The translations under genes and the position numbers were made by a program. Source: an uncultured Clostridia bacterium (lineage in GTDB: Bacteria; Bacillota; Clostridia; TANB77; CAG-508). Taken from it: a DNA stretch of 64,000 bases. The notes below the pieces were generated by a model, which searched no databases, was not told the origin of the DNA, and saw only the letters and a program-made list of their open reading frames with translations. This document shows, in pieces, positions 59,885 through 64,000 of the stretch. The stretch covers positions 1,916-65,915 of the forward strand of contig CAKPDR010000001.1 of the NCBI GenBank assembly GCA_934149075.1. Reading direction: 5' to 3'. The number at the start of each line of letters is the position of its first letter. Positions within the stretch are counted from its first letter, which is position 1.

Positions 59885-60984
59885 CATTAATCGAGTAGAG
59901 GATAATTCTTAATGAATTTCTCCCCTCCCACACCACCGTACGTACCGTTCGGTATACGGCGGTTCAATCTGTACATTCAATATGTACTTTTGTATATTGG
60001 TCTAGTAGAAATACTAGACCTCTTTTTCTTAATCTCTCTGTATTAATTTCGAATTGTATATATGTTGTTTTGCATATTTGATAATATCCTTTTCTAGTAT
60101 TAGCACAAGTAAATGCTATTTCGTACGATACTCCAAGTTGTCTTAAGGCTTTATATCTTTTTGTTATTAGTCTGTCTTGATTTACTGTATCAAAGAATTT
60201 TTCTAAATCAATGTCTATTATCCAGTCATACCAGTCGTTTAAATATTCTAATGCCTTTATTACTGCTTGCTCACAGCTTCTTCCTGGTCTGAACCCATAA
60301 CTGTTATTGTTGAACTGCTTTTCATATATTGGACTTATTACTTGAACCATTGCTTGTTGTATTATTCTATCCATAACTGTTGGTATCCCTAGATTTCTTT
60401 TCTTTCCATTTTCTTTTGGAATTTGAACTCTTCGTACTGGTTGGGGTTTATATTTTCTATTTCTTATTTGGTTTGTTATTCTTTCCTTATTTTCTTTTAT
60501 ATAATCAGCTATTTCTTCTACTGTTATACCATCAACCCACGATGCTCCCTTGTTTTGATATACTTTCTTATATGCCTTGTTTAGATTTTCTGGATTAAGA
60601 ATTTCCTCTAAAAGTTCCATGTCTGTTTCCTCTTTCCTTTCCGAAGATAGATAAATCATTTATTTTGAGTAACCCTTTAAGATATGCTCATACTCTCCTC
60701 ATTATGTTCACAATACCTCACAGGGTAAGTCATTTAACTTTCCTCTTTTACTCGCTTGATTTACTACTTAAGGTTACGCATATCTTTGGGGCTATAACTT
60801 GTTTAGTAATCTTACCCTTTTAAACAGCCTTAGTATCAAATTTTTATACATCCAGCCAAGATTTTGATACACACTTCCTTCACTTCCATCTCACAATGGA
60901 TAGCTTGTGCTTCTCTATGTGGTTGGCGATATATACCTCCACTACGGACTTTCACCGATTAGTTAAACGACATGCCTGTCGCAC
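59885..60984 (-). mobile_element. degenerate group II intron (class-C-like, ORF-truncated), about 1.1 kb
   Basis: The 5' GUGCG lies at 60984-60980 on the minus strand. An RT ORF follows, and a domain V-like hairpin gaaccgccgtataccgaacggtacgtacggtgg plus a domain VI-like segment lie at 59893-59960. The insertion is immediately 3' of a terminator hairpin and U-run. Confidence 0.6.
59964..60659 (-). CDS. group II intron reverse transcriptase, C-terminally truncated (RT domains 0-4 only)
   Basis: 231 aa, LLEEILNPENLNKAYKKVYQNKGASWVDGITVEEI...RRVQIPKENGKKRNLGIPTVMDRIIQQAMVQVI...YGFRPGRSCEQAV...IDIDLEKFFDTVNQDRL. It lacks YADD, the X domain and the En domain. Confidence 0.8.
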   Translation of the reverse strand: MIYLSSERKEETDMELLEEILNPENLNKAYKKVYQNKGASWVDGITVEEIADYIKENKERITNQIRNRKYKPQPVRRVQIPKENGKKRNLGIPTVMDRIIQQAMVQVISPIYEKQFNNNSYGFRPGRSCEQAVIKALEYLNDWYDWIIDIDLEKFFDTVNQDRLITKRYKALRQLGVSYEIAFTCANTRKGYYQICKTTYIQFEINTERLRKRGLVFLLDQYTKVHIECTD

Positions 60985-60994
60985 TAAAAAAACG

Positions 60995-61016
60995 ACTGGT
61001 TATAATTATATAACCA
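60995..61016 (-). terminator. intrinsic terminator of the 186-aa gene, and the group II intron target
   Basis: The perfect hairpin ggttatataattataacc followed by a U7 run on the minus strand. Confidence 0.6.
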
Positions 61017-61027
61017 ATCGTGAAATG

Positions 61028-61588
61028 TTAAGTTTCATCATTGTCAACTTTCAAAAACATGAAACAATCGTTATCATTAGAGCACTTTGTTAATTCATGC
61101 TCTTGTTTTTCTTTAAATTCTTCATAAGATTTACCACTAATTTCTTCATAACTAAAAGTCTTATAAACTTTAGCTTTATAAATTTTATGCAATTTCTCAA
61201 GCGGATATTGATTAGAACTATATGTATCAAAAGCCCAACCATTGTTTACATATAAAACATGCATTATAAAATTTTTTTCATCGTCATCTTCTTTATCATG
61301 TAAAGAAAACTTTTTTACTGCAAGAAATTCTATAGAACCCTTTTTTAGAACTTTACATATTCTAAAACAAATTGAATAGCAATATCCTCGACATCTTTGC
61401 ATTGAAATAAGTTCATATAACTTTTCATTTACCTGCTTGATAATTTTAAAGTCACTTTTGGAAATAGCTTTGCCTTTTGTTGTGCATATTAAAAAGTATA
61501 TTTTTTTTGCCAACAAATATGAAAATCCAAATATTTCTCTTTTAAATACCCTCATTAATGCAAGTAATACAAAAAAGTATATCATCAT
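61028..61588 (-). CDS. hypothetical protein (186 aa) with an N-terminal hydrophobic segment
   Basis: ORF preceded by a structured GC-rich leader with a terminator at about 61617-61650. Confidence 0.4.
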   Translation of the reverse strand: MMIYFFVLLALMRVFKREIFGFSYLLAKKIYFLICTTKGKAISKSDFKIIKQVNEKLYELISMQRCRGYCYSICFRICKVLKKGSIEFLAVKKFSLHDKEDDDEKNFIMHVLYVNNGWAFDTYSSNQYPLEKLHKIYKAKVYKTFSYEEISGKSYEEFKEKQEHELTKCSNDNDCFMFLKVDNDET

Positions 61589-61989
61589 AAAAGCTATATT
61601 TGAATAATTAAAACAAAAAAATCAACCTTTTACAGTTGATTTTCTTGTTTTATTGTCTGGTGCGTTAGCGGAGGACGTATTCGAAAAATGTCTCGCACAA
61701 AAGCACCTTATTATCCGTTTCAAAATCAGTTATAGCAATAGTTTCAAAAAATGTATATATAAATGTGATTTTTTTGCTATTAACTATATTTTTAATTTAA
61801 CATAACTTTTAAAGTTTGGCAATACTTTTTTCTATTTTTTATCTTACACTTAAATATAAAAGAAAATTCCTCTTGTTATTTTTATAAATTTTACTTTTAG
61901 ACTTGCTAAATTTTGACAAAATTTGCTAAATAACTAAATTAGTGCTATAATGATTTAGATTTATTTTATTGAGGGGTAATATAAAATAT

Positions 61990-62913
61990 ATGAAAAGTAC
62001 AATTGATATTAGTAATGATTTATCCATTCCATTAAGAAATGCAAATGTAGAATGGAATTTATATGTATATAAGAAAAGATATAAAGATAAAATTATCAAT
62101 ACATATGATGTGTATAAAATAGATACAATTTCTATAGATACACTCTATAGTGATATTCACAACTATCTTATTAAAAATTTTCTTAATAAGTTAGACATGT
62201 GTGATTATTCATCAGAAATGCCAAAAAATAAAATAGGTTTTATTGATTTACAGAAAGATGATAATGTTTTAAAACATGGTCTAAATCTATTGAATGAATG
62301 TATAAGTACTTATACTCAGTTTGCTTCTAAAGATTTAGCATTACATGGATATGTATTGGAATGTAATATCAATGGACAAACATATATGAAAGTATTAAGT
62401 AGTTCTAATCCTATAAAATATTACAAACATAAATTTTCTTTTATAATAAATAATTTTACAGAATTGACAGATCCTATTCTTTCATTAAATGTTTCTTGCG
62501 ATTGTATTATTTTTAATGACTATGCTTTATTTTTTACAGGAAAAGCTGAAAGCATTTTTGATTTAGAAAAACATTATAAAGTATTAGCTTCAAAATGTCT
62601 AACTCAATTACAAGAAAAAGGCATAATTGAGGACTTTGATTCTTTCAAAAATTATGCCTGTTGCTGGCCTAAGGCTGCAAAATTTGAGAGCTTCGATATT
62701 GATAGAATTAATAGTTTTGCTGAACTAGATATTCCTACCAAGGCAAAAATACTTAATAATTTTTCTATTTTACTAAATAGTCAAGGTGCTATAGTAGCTA
62801 ATAGTCCCGAAGAAAGAGAGCAAGTTTTAAATTTTGCATGTGGAAAATTACTAATAGACTTTAATAACGATGGATATGAAGTAGCATATCCTAAAAAAAT
62901 CAATCCTCAATAA
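61990..62913 (+). CDS. hypothetical protein of about 307 aa. The ATG is at 61990, and the track begins at an upstream TTG
   Basis: ORF. Confidence 0.45.
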   Translation: MKSTIDISNDLSIPLRNANVEWNLYVYKKRYKDKIINTYDVYKIDTISIDTLYSDIHNYLIKNFLNKLDMCDYSSEMPKNKIGFIDLQKDDNVLKHGLNLLNECISTYTQFASKDLALHGYVLECNINGQTYMKVLSSSNPIKYYKHKFSFIINNFTELTDPILSLNVSCDCIIFNDYALFFTGKAESIFDLEKHYKVLASKCLTQLQEKGIIEDFDSFKNYACCWPKAAKFESFDIDRINSFAELDIPTKAKILNNFSILLNSQGAIVANSPEEREQVLNFACGKLLIDFNNDGYEVAYPKKINPQ

Positions 62914-63463
62914 TCTTTGTAACAAAAAATAAATCACTGTCTAGTTCAATGCTTTTGACATTATTATAAGTATTTTGGTGTATAAATTTACATTTGCTTA
63001 AAATTGTTGTGTCTCTTACTTTTTTATCGTTTTTATATAGTTCTGCTGAATAATTAGTATAACCTAATAGTTCAGTAGTTGGATTATAAGTAATAAGACT
63101 ATATTTGACATACATAAGTAATAATACAAAAAAGATAATTAAAAAGCTAATTATTTGTTGTTTATTAGTAAAATCAAATGCTATTAAAGGAATTATATTA
63201 CTTAATAAATATGTCAGATTTGATTCCTTTAATTTTTTTACATTTCTTACTTCTATCGTTTTTATTATATTATTTGTGCTAGATATATATTTAATAAATA
63301 GAATTAACATAAAAAAAGATAGTATTATTATACTTAATAAAGTAACTAATAATGGTTGTTTTAATAGATTTTTAGAAAAGTCGCAGTACTGCACAAACAA
63401 TATAATGTATAAAGGTATATATGAACTAATAAATATTATTGTTTTTGATATTACTGTTAACAT
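62900..63463 (-). CDS. 4-TM membrane protein (187 aa)
   Basis: Hydrophobic N-terminal two-thirds and a soluble C-terminus. It lies downstream of the DinD/Bro-like gene on the same strand. Confidence 0.45.
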   Translation of the reverse strand: MLTVISKTIIFISSYIPLYIILFVQYCDFSKNLLKQPLLVTLLSIIILSFFMLILFIKYISSTNNIIKTIEVRNVKKLKESNLTYLLSNIIPLIAFDFTNKQQIISFLIIFFVLLLMYVKYSLITYNPTTELLGYTNYSAELYKNDKKVRDTTILSKCKFIHQNTYNNVKSIELDSDLFFVTKIIED

Positions 63464-63524
63464 ACTACTCAGCTCCTATTTTAGATATTTCTTCTTTTCT
63501 TTTTCCAACTGTTTCAAACTCTTT

Positions 63525-64000
63525 TTAGGTGTAGGCAATTCTTCTGGCATAGTTCCGTCCTGCTTGTCTAATTGCTTTTCTGACTATTTTTCCAATTTTA
63601 TTATGAGTATCACAGGCTTTCTTTTCAGTATCAACTTTATCTCTTTTTAATCTTGATTCTGTTTGCGTAATACGAAATAAATTAGCTGCAAGTTCTTCAC
63701 TTCCCATATTGTCTAAAATATCTTCTCTATATCTTAATCCTTTTCTTTTAGCAATATCATCTGCTGTTTCTCCATTGTATAAACCTTTATATCCAGAATT
63801 ATGAAATTTATCAAAATTTTTAACTCCTGCATTTTTAGCTGCTTGATTAAGTGAATAATTTCCTTTTTTTGTTAAATTTCTTTGGTAAAATCTTTTTTCA
63901 TCTTCCGTTAATGAACTATACTCTTTTTCACTAATTTCTTGTTTTCTAGTTTGAATTGCAAAATATGTTTGTGCAAGAGCAACAATTTTTAATCTTGGAT
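63525..64000 (-). CDS. DinD-like DNA-damage-inducible protein (Bro-N), partial. It runs off the window end
   Basis: The in-frame open sequence to position 64000 translates as ...GVKNFDKFHNSGYKGLYNGETADDIAKRKGLRYREDILDNMGSEELAANLFRITQTESRLKRDKV... Confidence 0.5.
   Translation of the reverse strand, partial: PRLKIVALAQTYFAIQTRKQEISEKEYSSLTEDEKRFYQRNLTKKGNYSLNQAAKNAGVKNFDKFHNSGYKGLYNGETADDIAKRKGLRYREDILDNMGSEELAANLFRITQTESRLKRDKVDTEKKACDTHNKIGKIVRKAIRQAGRNYARRIAYT

Noticed and set aside
61990-63463. A Kiwa-like (KwaA membrane protein plus KwaB) pair
   Set aside because: The sizes are suggestive, but the two genes are convergent rather than co-oriented, and I cannot verify DUF4868 from the sequence alone.
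1-64000. A CRISPR array or other short-period repeat array
   Set aside because: No regularly spaced 25-40-bp direct repeats are seen. The only tandem repeats are the 276-bp coding repeats in the adhesin gene.

Overview
The window is about 64 kb of very AT-rich DNA, roughly 26-28% GC by eye, and looks like a low-GC Firmicutes chromosome, Clostridium-like. Nearly all genes are on the minus strand.

- Left end (1-6.0 kb): housekeeping genes. topA is partial; it starts at 994 and runs off the window on the minus strand. Then a hypothetical gene, a SpoU/TrmH-family RNA methyltransferase, and mfd.
- 6.1-8.9 kb: a small accessory block with a 56-aa Cys-rich peptide gene behind a textbook sigma-A promoter, a YgjP/DUF45-like metallohydrolase, a choloylglycine (bile-salt) hydrolase and a TehB-like SAM methyltransferase.
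- 9.3-56.7 kb: an integrated conjugative element (ICE) of about 47.4 kb.
  - Ends: it is bounded by an imperfect 25-bp direct repeat, 'gaacttaNNNccttcgggttatgag'. The right copy sits inside a 48-nt tRNA-Met 3'-half remnant on the minus strand. A 24-bp exact arm-type direct repeat containing 2x TTCCCTTTAT lies just inside each end.
  - Content, left to right: tyrosine integrase and Xis-like HTH; a sigma-70 region-4-like regulator; a type I restriction-modification operon (hsdR plus an unusual HsdM-HsdS single-target-recognition-domain fusion); an XRE/Xis-like switch; a 1058-aa LPXTG adhesin with 276-bp tandem Cna-B-type repeats; a sortase; an AAA-ATPase plus S8 subtilase pair resembling the IetAS defence system; an orphan MT-A70 adenine methyltransferase; type IV secretion genes (M23 hydrolase, VirB4, VirB6-like, pilin-like, VirD4); a relaxase with MobC and a candidate oriT.
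  - Leading region: ParB-like, RadC, ArdA and about 10 genes with no recognisable homologues (ORFans).
  - Right end: a cluster regulated by a WYL protein (an Fe-S RecB/Cas4-like DUF2779 nuclease, a PD-(D/E)xK protein, a SpoVK-type AAA+ ATPase and small ORFs), two ArpU-like regulators and a Rep-like initiator.
- Right flank (56.8-64 kb): a Big_2 surface-protein gene whose signal peptide is out of frame at an A8 tract; a second TehB-like paralog carrying an internal deletion; a Nudix hydrolase; initiator tRNA-fMet; a GIY-YIG gene; a degenerate class-C-like group II intron inserted after an intrinsic terminator; unknown genes; and a partial DinD/Bro-like gene running off the window.

No CRISPR array is present. 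The six-frame track omits ORFs truncated by the window edges, and it also prints M for TTG/GTG starts.

The strongest candidates for a new system are the WYL-associated nuclease/AAA+ cluster, the ORFan block in the ICE leading region, and the IetAS-like pair.
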